DNA of 64,000 nucleotides from contig CM059432.1 in the NCBI GenBank assembly GCA_030390025.1, positions 21,888,001 through 21,952,000 on the forward strand. Direction: 5' to 3'. A model generated the notes under the pieces. That model made no database searches and was not told the origin of the DNA. It was given only the letters and a program-made list of their open reading frames with translations. Below are positions 1 to 12,097 of this stretch, one piece after another. The translations under genes and the position numbers were made by a program. The stretch comes from Squalus acanthias (Eukaryota). Every line of letters begins with the position of its first letter. Within the stretch, counting starts at the first letter, position 1.

Positions 1-1468
1 GGGATTTATCGGCCTTCAATCCCGTCAATTTCCCTAACACCATTTCCCTACAAATACTGATTTCATTCAATTCCTCCCTCTCATTAGACCCTATGTTCCC
101 TGACATCTCTGGGAGGTTATTTGTGTCCTCCTTTGTGAAGACAGAACCAAAGTATGTATTTAATTGGTCTGCCATTTCTTTGTTCCCCATTATAAATTCC
201 CCTGATTCTGACTGCAAGGGACCTATGCTTGACTTCACCAATCTTTTTCTCTTCACATATCTATAGAAGCTTTTACAGTCAGTTTTTATGTTCCCTGAAA
301 GCTTACTCTCATAATCTATTTCCCCCCTCTTAATTAATCCCTTTGTCCTCCTTTGCTGAATCCTAAACTGTTCCCAATCCTCAGGTTTGCTGCTTTTTCT
401 AGCCAAATTATATGTCCTCTCCTTGGATCTTATGCTATCCCTAATTTCCCTTGTTAGCCACGGTTGAGTCACCTTTTTTGTTTTATTTTTATGCCAAACA
501 GGGATGAACAAATTCTGTAGTTCATCCATGCGATCTTTAAATGTTTGCCATTGCCTATCCACCATCAACCCTTTAAGTAATGTTCCCCAATCCATCCTAG
601 CCAACTCGTGCCTCATACCATTGTAGTTTCCTTTATTTAAATTCAGGACCCTAGTCTCTGAGTCAACTACTTCACTCTCCATTTTAATGAAGAATTCTAT
701 CATATTATGATCGCTCCTCTCCAAGGGGCCTCGCACAACAAGATTGCTAATTAATCCTTTCTCATTACATAATACCCAGTCTAAGATGGCCTGATCTCTA
801 GTTGGTTCCTCGACATATTGGTCCAGGAAACCATCCCGTATACACTCTAGGAATTCCTCCTCCACAGTATTGTTACTAATTTGGTTAGCCCAATCTATAT
901 GTAGATTAAAGTCACCCATGATAATGACTGTGCCCTTATTGCACGCATCTCTAATTTCCCATTTAATGCCATCCCCAACCTCAGCATTACTGTTTGGGGG
1001 TCTGTATACAACTCCCACTAACATTTTCTGCCCCTTGGTATTTCTCAGCTCTGCCCATACAGATTCCACATCATCAGAGCTAGTATCCTTCCTTACTATT
1101 GTGTTAATCTCCTCTTTAACCATCAATGCTACCCCACCTCCTTTTCCTTTTTTCCTGTCCTTCCTGAATATTGAATACCCCTGGATGTTGAATTCCCAGT
1201 CTTGGTCACCCTGGAGCCATGTCTCCGTAATCCCAATTATATCATATCCGTTTACATCTATTTGCGCAGCTAATTCATCCACCTTATTACGAATGCTCCT
1301 CGCATTAAGACACAAAGCCTTCAGGCTTGATTTTTTAACACTCTTAGTCCTTTTAGAATTATTATTTACTGTGGCCCTGTTTGATTTACACCCTTGATTT
1401 CTCTGCCTTCCACTTTTGCTTTTCTCCTTCCTGTCTTTTGTTTCTATCCTTGCTTCCCTTTCCTCTGT
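1..1468 (-). CDS. CR1 ORF2 N-terminal part (apurinic-like endonuclease plus linker), partial, open to the window edge
   Basis: Manual translation: LCLNARSIRNK...GITETWL...YRPP...IMGDFN...ILDWVL...SDHN...PWLT...KSFYRYV...KADKS. No stop seen between ~1468 and 1. Confidence 0.85.
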
Positions 1469-1500
1469 CTACCTGCACAGGTTCCCAACCCCCTGCCATT

Positions 1501-2451
1501 TTAGTTTAAACCCTTCCCAACAGCACTAGCAAACACTCCCCCTCGGACATCGGTTCCGGTCCCGCCCAGGTGCAAACCGTCCAGTTTGTACTGGTCCTAC
1601 CTCCCCCAGAACCGGTTCCAATGTCCAAGGAATTTGAATCCCTCCCCCTTGCACCATTCCTCTAGCCACGTATTCATCTGAAATATCCTTCTATTTCTAC
1701 TCTGACTAGCACGTGGCACTGGTAGCAATCCTGAGATTACTACTTTTGAGGTCTTATTTTTTAATTTACCTCCTAACTTCCTATTTTCAGCTTTTCGGAC
1801 CTCATCCCATTTTTTACCAATATCGTTGGTACCTATATGCACCACGACAACTGGCTGTTCACCCTCCCCCTCCAGAATGCCCTGCAGCCGCCCTGAGACA
1901 TCCTTGTCCCTTGCACCAGGGAGGTAACATACCATCCTGGAGTCTCGTTTGTGGCCACAGGAACACCTATCTATTCCCCTTACAATAGAATCCCCTATCA
2001 CTATAGCTCTCCCGCTCTTTTTCCTCCCATCCTGTGCAGCAGGACCACCCAAGGTGCCAGGAAGTTGGTTGCTGCTGCCTTCCCCCGATAAGCCATCTCC
2101 CTCAACAATATCCAACGTGGTATATCTGTTTGAAAGGGGGATGGCCACAGGGGACACCTGCACTACCTGCCTGCTCCTACTACTCTGCCTGGTGGTCACC
2201 CATTCCCTTCCTGCCTGTGCAGCCTTTACCTGCGGTGTGACCAACTCCCTAAACGTGCTATCCACAATGTCCTCAGCATCATGAATGCTCCAGTATGTAT
2301 CCATTCGCAGCTCCAGCGCCGCAATGCGGTCTGTCAGTAGCTGCAGCTGGATACACTTCCTGCACACATGGTCGTCAGGGACACAGGAAGTGTTCCTGAT
2401 TTCCTACATAGTGCAGGAGGAGCATGCCGCGGGGCCGAGCTGTGCTGCCAT
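1501..2451 (-). pseudogene. CR1 ORF1 (N-terminal CxxC pairs plus SGNH/GDSL esterase), two in-frame stops
   Basis: MAAQLGPAACSSC..CRKC, IGDSIVR, LPGA, VHIGTND, DGLHL, ending GLN*. TAG codons at ~2404 and 1597 sit where W is expected. Confidence 0.9.
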
Positions 2452-2909
2452 GACTTACCCTTTAATTAATTCAAATTAAATTAAATCAAATCAATACCAC
2501 TAATTACACTACAATTAAATGATATACTCAAGGGCCCTTGTTTACTAGCACTCCCCGCTACACAACAGAGACCCTAGAAACTATAAACCACAAAAATTAA
2601 TTTGGAAAAAAGCGAGAAAGAGAGAAATACTCACCAACCAATCACTTACTTGCTTTCTGGTGGCGTCACACTTCGATTACTTTTTACTTCTCTCTGCTGC
2701 CACTGGTGAGTCTGGGCTGCTCTCTCTCTCCCCGCTCCTTAACTCCTCAGGCTCTTCATAAATAATTCCTCTGCCTGCTGTTTTATAAACAAAATAAATG
2801 GGTTTACAAATTTATTTAAAAAGACCACAAAGGAATTGCACCTGCACAGTTTGATTTCAACTGAAATGTATCTAAGCAATAGATACAAATGTGAAGTTCC
2901 AGGTCACCT

Positions 2910-3155
2910 TAAGAACATAAGAACATAAGAATTAGGAGCAGGAGTCGGCCATATGGCCCTTCGAGCCTGCTCTGCCATTCAATAAGATCATGGCTGATCT
3001 TCGACCTCAACTCCACTTTCCTGCCTGATCCCCATAGCCCTGGCGTTCCAAAATCTATCTATTTCAGCCTTGAATATACTCAACGACTCAACATCCACTG
3101 CCCTTTTGAGTAGAGAATTCCAAAGATTCACAACCCTCTGAGTGAAGAAATTCCT
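2910..3155 (-). mobile_element. CR1 LINE 3' end fragment
   Basis: (AAGAACAT)n tail plus the CR1 3'UTR hairpin (ggagcaggagtcggcc...ttcgagcctgctc) and RT C-terminal sequence. Confidence 0.85.
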
Positions 3156-3519
3156 TACTGCTGATAATTACACTGTGAGCTTGTAACTTTGCTATGGCTG
3201 GGATTGTCCGCTTCAGCATTGTTGGTGCACACCAGACTGATTCTTGCCCACGATTGTCTGACCATCCATTCAACAATCTGCGTTCCCATCATTCGCGAAG
3301 AACACTGAAGCAAAAAAATCCCGATTGATATGTATAGTTTGAGGTTAATGATGGGTTGATTAGCTCCTTTGAAGAAAAAATGTATTGGATGACTACATAA
3401 GGGCTGATCGAACGTTCATGGCAAGGAGCGGTGCTTGCGGGGAGTGCTAGGCTGCATTCCCTGATTTCCCCCCGTCCCCCATTCATTTCTCTTTTGACTT
3501 CGCTGTCAAGCACAGAACA

Positions 3520-3592
3520 AATGCTTAGGGATGGGCAATAAATGCTGGCCTTGCCAGCGACGCCCACATCCCACAAACGAATTAAAAAAAAT
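3520..3592 (+). mobile_element. 3' end of a second CR1-group LINE family
   Basis: gggcaataaatgctggccttgccagcgacgcccacatccc plus A-tail. The same end recurs on the minus strand at ~27660 and ~52000. Confidence 0.6.
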
Positions 3593-4149
3593 GGAGTGAT
3601 TGGAGAGGAAACTAGCAAGTCATGAATTTAGAATTCATGGGCGGTCATGTGATGGCAACTTGTTTAGATGTGCAACCTTCTGTTACAGTCGCAGTTTCTT
3701 AATAGGATTGCCAGATTTTCTGCCCATTGGCTGTGAATAGATGGAAATCTAGATTTTTTTGTTTATTTGACCACGTCAGTGTGATTGACAACTAGAACTT
3801 TTATTGGAACATGTCATAGAGAGATAGCATGGCTTATACGTACCAATAGTTATCGTTGAGAGAGTGCAAAATACTCATGGTATTCAAAAGAACAGCTCAC
3901 GCAATTTATATATTCAACAGAATCCTCTAATGTGTTGAAGCCTAGTACATACACATGAACTACGTTCTGTATAACAAATACACAGTTAAGCATTAGTTAA
4001 TGCTCCCCTAACAGCTCAAATGAGCAGCCCAGTGTGGAACTGGGCCATACAGATCCAAATGGTTCCAGGTGCAGTTTCTACTCTGTGTTAAGTTGGCTGA
4101 TCTCAAATAGAGAGATAATATAGCACTACAACAGACCTTAGCATCTGAA

Positions 4150-4760
4150 AGTTATGGAGCATTCAGCACATGATGGCAATCCTGGAGATTCTCTGCGGGT
4201 TGTACTCCAGGCAGCAAAAGCATTGCTTGAGGATGCTGATGGTTTGCTCTATCAGGGTTCCGGTAGAGTCATGGTTTTGATTATATCTAATCTCTGCATC
4301 TGTGCATGGGTTCCTGACAGATGTCATGAGCCACGTCTGCATGGGACAGCCCTTGTCTCAAAGCAGCTAGCCTCTGATCCAAAGGTCTGGATGAAAGAGA
4401 GGAGGAACTGAGAAGTGGTGCAAAATGAAGGCATCATGACAGCTGCCAAGATACCTGGCACAGACCTGCAGGATGCACCGCATGTTGTCACACAGCTACT
4501 GTACGTTCCTGTTGACGTATGCCCCAGGGTGTTGCATTGGGACACGCCAGGCTACATGTGTGCAGTTGATGATGCCCTGCATCGGCAGGAGGCCTGCCAT
4601 TCGTGGCCTCTACAGGGAAGGAGACCAAGTCATTGGATCTGGTGCAGAGTGCTTCCGTCACCTGCTTGATACAGGTATGCACAACAGATTGACTAATGTT
4701 ACTAATGTCGTCTGCTTCAGCCTGGAATGACCCAGAGGCATAAAGAGGGAAAGACTTCCA
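4150..4760 (-). pseudogene. Degenerate PIF/Harbinger DDE transposase remnant
   Basis: YASGSFQ..DISNISQS.VHTCIKQVTEAL and downstream GIINCTHV / VQ*LCD / PGILAAVMM fragments across several frames, matching the transposase at 24566-25654. Confidence 0.85.
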
Positions 4761-5824
4761 CACTAAGAGGATATGAAAAAGAATAACATTTGAATTTGAA
4801 TTCGAATTGGCAATGGTGCAACATCTCTTGATGCCAACACAGCTTGGATGCAGAATGGGATCTGATTCATCATTTTTATTCCCTAATTTCAGCAACATTT
4901 TATATGCTGAAAAGGTACATTATCTCATTTTAAGCAACACAACTGATGTGTGCAAAGGTTTAGAAGAGATAATTGCTCTTCTGCGTAGGCAGCTTACATA
5001 ATACTAGCTGGTACTCCAAAACTGCAAACGAAAGACTGAATTTATCAAATTTCTAGATTTGATTATTCAAGTAAAATTTATCTTATGTATAATATGAGAA
5101 ATCTGCATGAACTTAATCAATCATTGTCCCTTGTGCAATAAATATTTGATTAAATAGTGCAACAAGTGAAATGAAAAATCATTATAGGTAGTTTCCATGT
5201 TAAAGGGGAGTATTAGCACAGAAAAAAAATGCTGTCATATGAAAAGTTAAAAGATTTTAAAGATGATTGAAGCTAGTCCAAATCCCCTCCAGGTGACCAA
5301 AATTGATTAAATGGTGGAGAAAATTTCAATTTCTGATCAATTTGGATTATAAATTTGTTTTCAGACATTATTCCTGTTCAATGTTCGCAATGTTTCAGAC
5401 AAGGCTTTGTGAAGTATGTAGTAACAAGGGCTGTACATCTTTGATGGGTGTTGTCGGTTCTCCTCTTGCAAGAAAATTTAAATGTCTCATGGTTCCTCAA
5501 TGTCATCCAGGATAGTAATTCCTTCAGATTTGGATTCAGTGGGTTAGAAACTGGACCTCATTGTGCCTGTTTAATGGCAGTAAAGCCAATGCAATTAGAG
5601 TCAATTTCAGGGACCCAAAGCCCCCGCTCAAGGTACGCCTGAAAGACATCTAACTGGATATTGGGTCAGGCCATTTTTCAGGCCTCCCTGTCGACAACCT
5701 AAAACAGGCATGAGGTCCGGCCTAACGTCTGTTCTAGGCCCCGTCTGCTAAATTGGACATGGCAGAGTGCAGCTCTGTCACTGTGTATCCACCAGGTTAT
5801 AATCCAACAGATTTATTTAAAATT

Positions 5825-5858
5825 ACAAGCTTTCGGAGCTGTCGCCCCTTCGTCAGGC
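5825..5858 (-). ncRNA. Minimal type I hammerhead ribozyme motif in the PLE terminal repeat
   Basis: Minus strand reads CTGACGA-A-GGGGC GACA GCTCC-GAAA-GCTT-GT: conserved core, stem II and palindromic AAGCTT stem III as described for PLE hammerheads. Confidence 0.7.
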
Positions 5859-5929
5859 AAAGTTACTGTGAGAGAATCTATCAGAATTCACAGAATATAA
5901 AAACACAGAGAAAATGCATAGATTAAATC

Positions 5930-6569
5930 TTTTCCCTACGTCGTCCAGTACTTCCCCGGAGCGGAGAAACTATGCCATGTTCTTCGCAGCCTTCAACATG
6001 TCATCGATGACGACAAACACCTTGCTAAGGCCATCCCCACGCCTCCACTACTCGCCTTCAAGCAGCCGCCTAACCTCAAAAGTACCATCGTTCGCAGCAA
6101 ATTACCCAGCTGTCAGGAGAACAGCGACCACGACACCACACAACCCTGCCACGGCAACCTCTGCAAGATATGCCAGATCATCAACACAGATACCGTCATC
6201 ACACGTGAGGACACTACCCACCAGGTACATGGTACATACTCATGTGACTCGGCCAACGTTGTCTACCTGATACGTTTCAGTAAAGGATGCCCCAGAGCAT
6301 GGTACATCGGCGAGACCATGCAGACACTGAGACAACGTATGAACGGACACCGCGCAACAATTGCCAAGCAGGATGGTTGCCTCCCAGTCGGGGAACACTT
6401 CAGCAGTCAAGGGAATTCAGCCTCGGATCTGCGGGTTAGCGTTCTCCAAGGCGGCCTTCGTGATACACGACAACGCAAAATAATCGAGCAGAAACTGATA
6501 GCCAAGTTCCGCACTCATGAGGACGGCCTCAATCGGGATATCGGGTTCATGTCACGCTATAGAACGTGA
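5930..6569 (+). pseudogene. Penelope-like ORF C-terminus (linker plus GIY-YIG endonuclease)
   Basis: P.LAFKQPPNLK..IVRSK, PCHGNLCKIC, SCDSANVVYLI...WYIGETMQTLRQRMNGH...VGEHF...EQKLI.KF.T..DGLN. Confidence 0.9.
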
Positions 6570-8371
6570 CTTGACATCGTTGCCGGTCTTTCCAGTTTGT
6601 AAAAAAAAACAAACAAACACAAGAAACAAACACAAAAAATGGAGAGGATATGCAGCCAGCAGGTGTTCTGACGCGTTGGACCCCCTGGGACACATCTCAT
6701 TGTCTTGGCTGTGCTCTTAGTGTGTCTTTGATGTAGGGAAAGATTTAATCTATGCATTTTCTCTGTGTTTTTATATTCTGTGAATTCTGATAGATTCTCT
6801 CACAGTAACTTTGCCTGACGAAGGGGCGACAGCTTGTAATTTTAAATAAATCTGTTGGACTATAACCTGGTGTTGTGCGACTTCTCATTTTTGTCCACCC
6901 CAGTCCAACGCCGGCATCTCCGCATCATGACTGTGTATCCAGGCAGAGCAGGTGTGCTCCCCCGACTCCATAGTATACCTATCAACCTGTTAGCGCTCCA
7001 TCCCCTCCCCATCCACCCCCCGTGCCCCCTCCCCGCCAACTCCTGGGACTTATCTTAAGGCAACTGCCAGTGAGGCAAGCAGCCTGATATTCACTTTCCT
7101 CAAATGACGAGCTGCCTGTGGAGGCACATCTGACTCAACTAAAATCAAGAGGCCCAAGGCCCAATTTTAGGCCGGCTTCAGGCTTCCCTGTTCGAGCACA
7201 CGTTGTAGCCGCATCGTCGCCTTCGCACCCAGAACCGGCTGATGACCAATTACTAAAGCAGTATATCTGCTTGCAGATATCTAGGCTGGGAATTTCCTCG
7301 GACCTGCTTGCCCTGCGCCAACGTTTCTTAGCCAGAAGTGTGGCAGAAACACCGTAGGCGTGCTCCTCCAAACCCCATAAAAATAATCTGGGCCGCTGGA
7401 CCCTCCCACTCCTCCCGCTCACAACCATTGCGAACCTCCCCCCGCACCACCCCCAACCAACCCCTCCGCCTCCCCCCAGGAGTTACCTTGCTGCCAGCTG
7501 GCTGGGCTTTGATCAGTCCAGTATTGCTCAGCCCAATTTCGGCAAGCTGCGTCGGAGTGGATGTTTGAAGCCCATAGCTCACTGATTCTATTTAAATGAG
7601 TCCCAGGCCTTAAAATGGCTCCGGCCACTTTGCTACTGACATGGGCAGCCAATTAACTCTTCTAGATGGCAGCCCAAAAGTTAAAATCTACCATTTATTC
7701 CTTTCAAATCTCCAGGCACAGAAGATGATGGAGGGTCCTCCTCGCTGATTGAGGCCATAACTTTGATTCATTTCAGCCAAAATCTGATTCGGTTCTTCGT
7801 ATCGGCTAGACATCTAGATGGTCAATCTATTAATTACATTGTTCTGCAAATATTCACCATCTTCTGAAGAACTTAAAGATACCATCATTAAAACCTTCCT
7901 TTTTGCACAGTCTGTGGGATTGCTTGGACATCCTCAAATGCTACTGTATCTGTTGTATCAATTCATTCAGAAGCTATCCCTGTAGTGAATCCTTACAGTG
8001 AATCTACCTCCACAAGTTCGAATTGTAACATAGGAACATACAGCCGGTTTTAGAGTTATACCAATTGTGGCATTAAATAGTTTTAGTTTGATACTGTGTC
8101 TTTATTCTCTTTTTAATAAAATGGCTGATTTTCTTCGGTTCTGTGCCCAGGTCCCTTCTTGCTCAAGTCAGTTAACCGTTGCCATAGTAGAATAAAAATA
8201 AACATTCTTCAAGCTGCAATTTGGCCTTGTGTTCAACATGTTCACGTCCTATAATGCCCCGGCACACTTTTTATATTCAGGGTCCTTCTTTCCTTAATAT
8301 GCATGTAATAAATGTGACTTGTCTTATAACAGGTAGCAGTTGTACTTAGTGCAATTTCTATTTAAACAAAA

Positions 8372-8732
8372 TAATTTATATAGTGCCTTTCATGACCTCA
8401 GGACATGGCAAAGCGTTTTATAGCCAATGAAGTACTTTTATAGTGCAATCACTGTTGTAATGTAGGAAATTTGCGCACAGCAAGCTCCCGCAAACAGCAA
8501 TTAAATAAATAGCCAGATAATCTGTTCTTGTTGGTGTTGGTTGAGGGATAAACATTGGCCATGGGATTTTTTACGTCCATCTGAAAGGGCAGATGGAGAT
8601 TTGGTTTAATGTCTCATCTGAAAGATGGCATCTCCGACAGTGCAGCACTCTCACAGTACTGCGCTGGAATGTAAGCCTAGATTATGCGCTCAAGTCTCTG
8701 GAGTGGGACTTCAAACCACAACCTTCTGACTC
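8372..8732 (-). mobile_element. Deu-domain tRNA-SINE (SacSINE1/AmnSINE1-like)
   Basis: Deu-domain motif (gcactgtcggagatgccatctttcagatgagacattaaacc on minus strand), L2-like tail, tRNA B-box region. Confidence 0.8.
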
Positions 8733-8795
8733 ATAAGAAATAAGAAATAGGAGCAGGAGTAGGCCAATCGGCCCCTCGAGCCTGCTCCGCTCGGC
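8733..8795 (-). mobile_element. Short CR1 3' tail
   Basis: ataagaaataagaaataggagcaggagtaggcc...cgagcctgctccgc. Confidence 0.75.
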
Positions 8796-9924
8796 CAAGG
8801 CTGACTCAGCCAAGGCTGACGTCTTTGATCATTATTAATGCCATCGTTGGTTCTAAAACCAAGATTTCATATAATATTATTGTAATAGGCAACTTTCACA
8901 TATCATGCATTACGTCAGAATCCTAAACAAACACCTATAGTTGTATCCTACTTAATGACAATATATTCCTATCTCCTTATCGGTCAAAGCAATGTAAAAA
9001 GAGAATGTCAAAGAATGCATTGGAATAACAGAGATATATTAAAACCTATGACAAATTAGATGTATAGCATTCATTTTTAATTTGCCTCAAGAAGTCATAA
9101 AGTAGCATTTTGCTGAATTCAGATCCACCCCCTAATATTTGCCCTAATTAATAATGAACACATTTGGGTTTAATCCTAGGCAGAAGGTACAGTCCAGCAG
9201 CCTCAGTGGCAAAATGAACATTTTATACTCAATGATAAATAAGTGGTAACATTACCAAATCCTTCCAATTCCCCCCCCCCCACCCACCCCCAAAAAAGTG
9301 ATTAAATAGAGAGAGAAAACAAAGCAACAAATAATGCAGATGAACCAAATTACGAGACAGGGCAATATCTCAATTTGGATCGGCGTAAAGCTCTGTTTAT
9401 TATCTAAAAAAAAACTTTTGCCCCCAACATTACTCGGAGAAAACTGATTATTTTAATTTGCCTCTTAAAACGCAGAATAAAGTTGACAGGTGGCTCGAAG
9501 GGCTCGAATGCGCTCATGAGTTTATTCAGACACAAACTAAAATAACGCTGCTTTGCAGTCCTTCAGCAAGATATTTTTATATTTATAATTGAAGGTAAAT
9601 CAGCCTTGTAATGCAAGAAAAAAAAAATGTCTGACAAAAAAAAATGAATTGGAACTATTTTAGTGAGTTTAATTACGACCTGCTTTGACTGGAGCATTAT
9701 GTGGTTAAAATACACATCATTATTCTTGCATGTATAATGAGGGCTGGTAACAGCTGTGTGAAATAAGCTGCATATGATACAGCCCTGTGGTGTTCCGCAT
9801 AAAATGATTATGGCTTGTGCGGCATAGTATTATGCTCGACACCTTTCAGGCTTTTTCATGGATTGCTGGAACAATATGAAACTGAAATATATAACTCTCT
9901 CCACCCTCTCATCTCACCTCCTCC

Positions 9925-9976
9925 TACACACGCACACACACACACACACACGCACACACACACACACACACACACA
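9925..9976. repeat. (CA)n microsatellite, imperfect
   Basis: Directly visible CA run with two CG interruptions. Confidence 0.97.
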
Positions 9977-10237
9977 GGCATTGATTTTTGCAAAGTTTTT
10001 ACACTCTGTATCCATTGGTTTTTCTTCACAACGCGCTCAGCACTGTCACTGCCAGACATTTTCTTCCGATATATAAAATGCTTATGCATATACATGTACC
10101 ATAGATATAGGTAGCGGAAAAGATTGGCCTGATTTTCCTGGATCGCATTTACGCAGAAATTGCACCAGAGCTTTTGATGGTTTCTATGCCAACAAAAATT
10201 GATATCGAAAGAGGAAAACGAGCCAAGGTTGAATAAA

Positions 10238-10340
10238 GTATCAGCTTAGCTGAGTGGTAGCACTCTTGCCTCTAAGTCAGAAAGTGGTGGGTTCCAGACC
10301 CATTTAAGGCCTTGAGCATATAATCTAGGCTGACATTTAG
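10238..10340 (+). mobile_element. tRNA-derived SINE head fragment
   Basis: tagctgagtggtagcactcttgcctctaagtcagaaagtggtgggttcc, matching the SINE head at 29020. Confidence 0.7.
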
Positions 10341-10589
10341 TGTACAGAAGAAATCCTACCTTCCCCAATACAAATCTTGATTTGTTCTTCTCTTAAAAGA
10401 TGCAATGCTTTCTATCTCAACTACTCTCTATAGCACAGTATTCCGATCGCTAACAATTCTATGCGTAAAGAAATTTCTCCGAACCTCTTTCCTCATTCTC
10501 TTGGATGTGAAGACATGTGTTTCTCCTGAAAGAAAGGAAAAGAAGAACTATTGCATTTGTATAAAAACTAGAGAGAATTGAGACACAAA

Positions 10590-11333
10590 GGGCTGGATTT
10601 TGATACTGGGGCGGGTTGGGGTCGTGTTATCCACTTTTTGTGTTATCCACCCGACTGCAATTGGATGTGGGAGATTGATGCGATTTTCACCTAATTGGGC
10701 AATTGAGTTCCAACATGTGGGAACCCATGACCCAATTAGTGTTTTCAGTCTAAAAGTCGCCTCTGATGATGTCATCATTGCTGCTGCATTGAAGGTCTGC
10801 AAAGACTGCCTGGCCTTTGCTGTGAGAGGACCTGGATGCAAAATGAGCAGCATCTCAGAGAGAGAGAGAGAGAGAGAGAGAATTTTTTTGCAACCAAGTC
10901 CTCCCAGGCAGTCTCTGAAGACATTCAATGCAGCAGCATCAGAGGCGACTTTCAGACCTAATACTACTACTACTACCTTCATCACATCTCCGTTGCAATA
11001 GTGGACCTGCAGCTGATAGTCAGCTATCCACTTGTACTCCTGCCAGGTTTCACTGCCGTGTTTCACATCAGGTGTACTTCATGTCAGAAAAGGGTTAAAC
11101 TAGCTAAAACGTTTCAAAATGGCATTACAGAGCCAATTTAGGGCTTGTTAAGGGCTTTAATGGCCTCTCCCGTCTCTTGGAGGTGGGATGGAGTCGGGAA
11201 CCCCGTGACCGATTTTGTCAAAATTGCGTGGAGGCACAATGGAGTCAGGATGGGGTCGGGACCCCCGAATCTGCAACTTTAACCCCCCACACGCCTCCAA
11301 ACCCAACTCCACGGGTCATTGAAAATCCAGCCC
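10590..11333. mobile_element. Harbinger-derived MITE
   Basis: 12-bp TIRs GGGCTGGATTTT / AAAATCCAGCCC. The interior is homologous to the Myb-side terminus at 16330-16541. Contains a (GA)n run at ~10857-10880. Confidence 0.85.
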
Positions 11334-11339
11334 ATAATT

Positions 11340-12097
11340 CTGTACTGCTACCAGCTGAGGTGACTAAGAATTGCAGAAGTCAGCAGAAAAATGACTAGAG
11401 ATAATTAGCTTACATCAGCAGAAAACCTTAAAGGAATACCACTGGAAAAGGGTATAAATATTGAACTCTCAAATAGGATACTCGACTCGCTGTAAAGGGG
11501 CAAAGCGATTCTCGGCTTCAGAGGCAGGCTCTGTAAGTCTACAACTCTTTGTACCTCGGGGATCAAAGGTACTGTACTGTATTTGATTTTGGTGGATATC
11601 CTGAATCAACTTTAAGAACTGTAAAACTGTAGTGAAGTTAAGATTTGAGAATAAGGATCTCTGATAAGATTGTAAAGCTTTCTCTTTTTGGAACTGTTAA
11701 TGTTGCGATTGACTCACCAACGGTAAAATACATGTCGGTTCTTTAATAAATCTATATATTTTTAGAATTGTCTCACATAATACTTCTGTATCAAACTCGC
11801 AAACTCAATCTCTGTACGCTCTTTGGTGAGGAGTTGCAGAATTCTGAGGGAGTTTTCCGGACCTTCATAATATCCGGAATGTTACAGTCTAGCTAAACTT
11901 ATTAAAAGTGCTATCTGGAGGACGGTAACATTTTCAGGTTGTTCCTTTCCTTTAGGGAGAGATAGTCCAGACCTTTAGACCCAATTAAGCATCTTTAGGA
12001 TTCGGCTACCTCCAACTTTAGTTCAAAGTGAACGTCTGGGGAATACACCTGATCTGGGGTAGCCCTAAAAGGGCTAGGACTAGTAATTATCCCTTCA
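11340..12097 (+). mobile_element. LTR, 5'-truncated (same family as 29189-30650)
   Basis: Reverse-complement match to 29189-~29950. TATAAATA at ~11453, AATAAA at 11745, ends ...CCCTTCA. Confidence 0.8.

Larger units (their letters stand above)
1..2750 (-). mobile_element. CR1 LINE, 5' part (5'UTR, ORF1, start of ORF2); continues beyond window start
   Basis: Minus strand carries an SGNH-esterase ORF1 followed by an APE-endonuclease ORF2, the CR1 layout. The 5' boundary is approximate. Confidence 0.93.
5792..6929 (+). mobile_element. Penelope-like retroelement, 5'-truncated, with inverted pseudo-LTR
   Basis: GIY-YIG coding region. 5792-~5942 is the reverse complement of ~6730-6870. Perfect 12-bp TSD ACTGTGTATCCA at 5780-5791 and 6930-6941. 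Confidence 0.93.
5541..7693. mobile_element. Probable degenerate GC-rich non-autonomous DNA transposon hosting the Penelope insertion
   Basis: GC-rich block with weak terminal similarity (gggttagaaa... / ...aaaatctacc). The sequence is continuous across the PLE TSD. Confidence 0.4.

Noticed and set aside
870..1397. 175-aa + strand ORF
   Set aside because: Antisense shadow of the CR1 endonuclease frame.
5360..5420. Possible small host exon (ttttcag...gtatgt)
   Set aside because: No recognisable protein similarity or partner exons; such splice-like pairs occur by chance.
9815..10114. His/Thr- and Val/Cys-repeat ORFs
   Set aside because: Translations of the (CA)n microsatellite.
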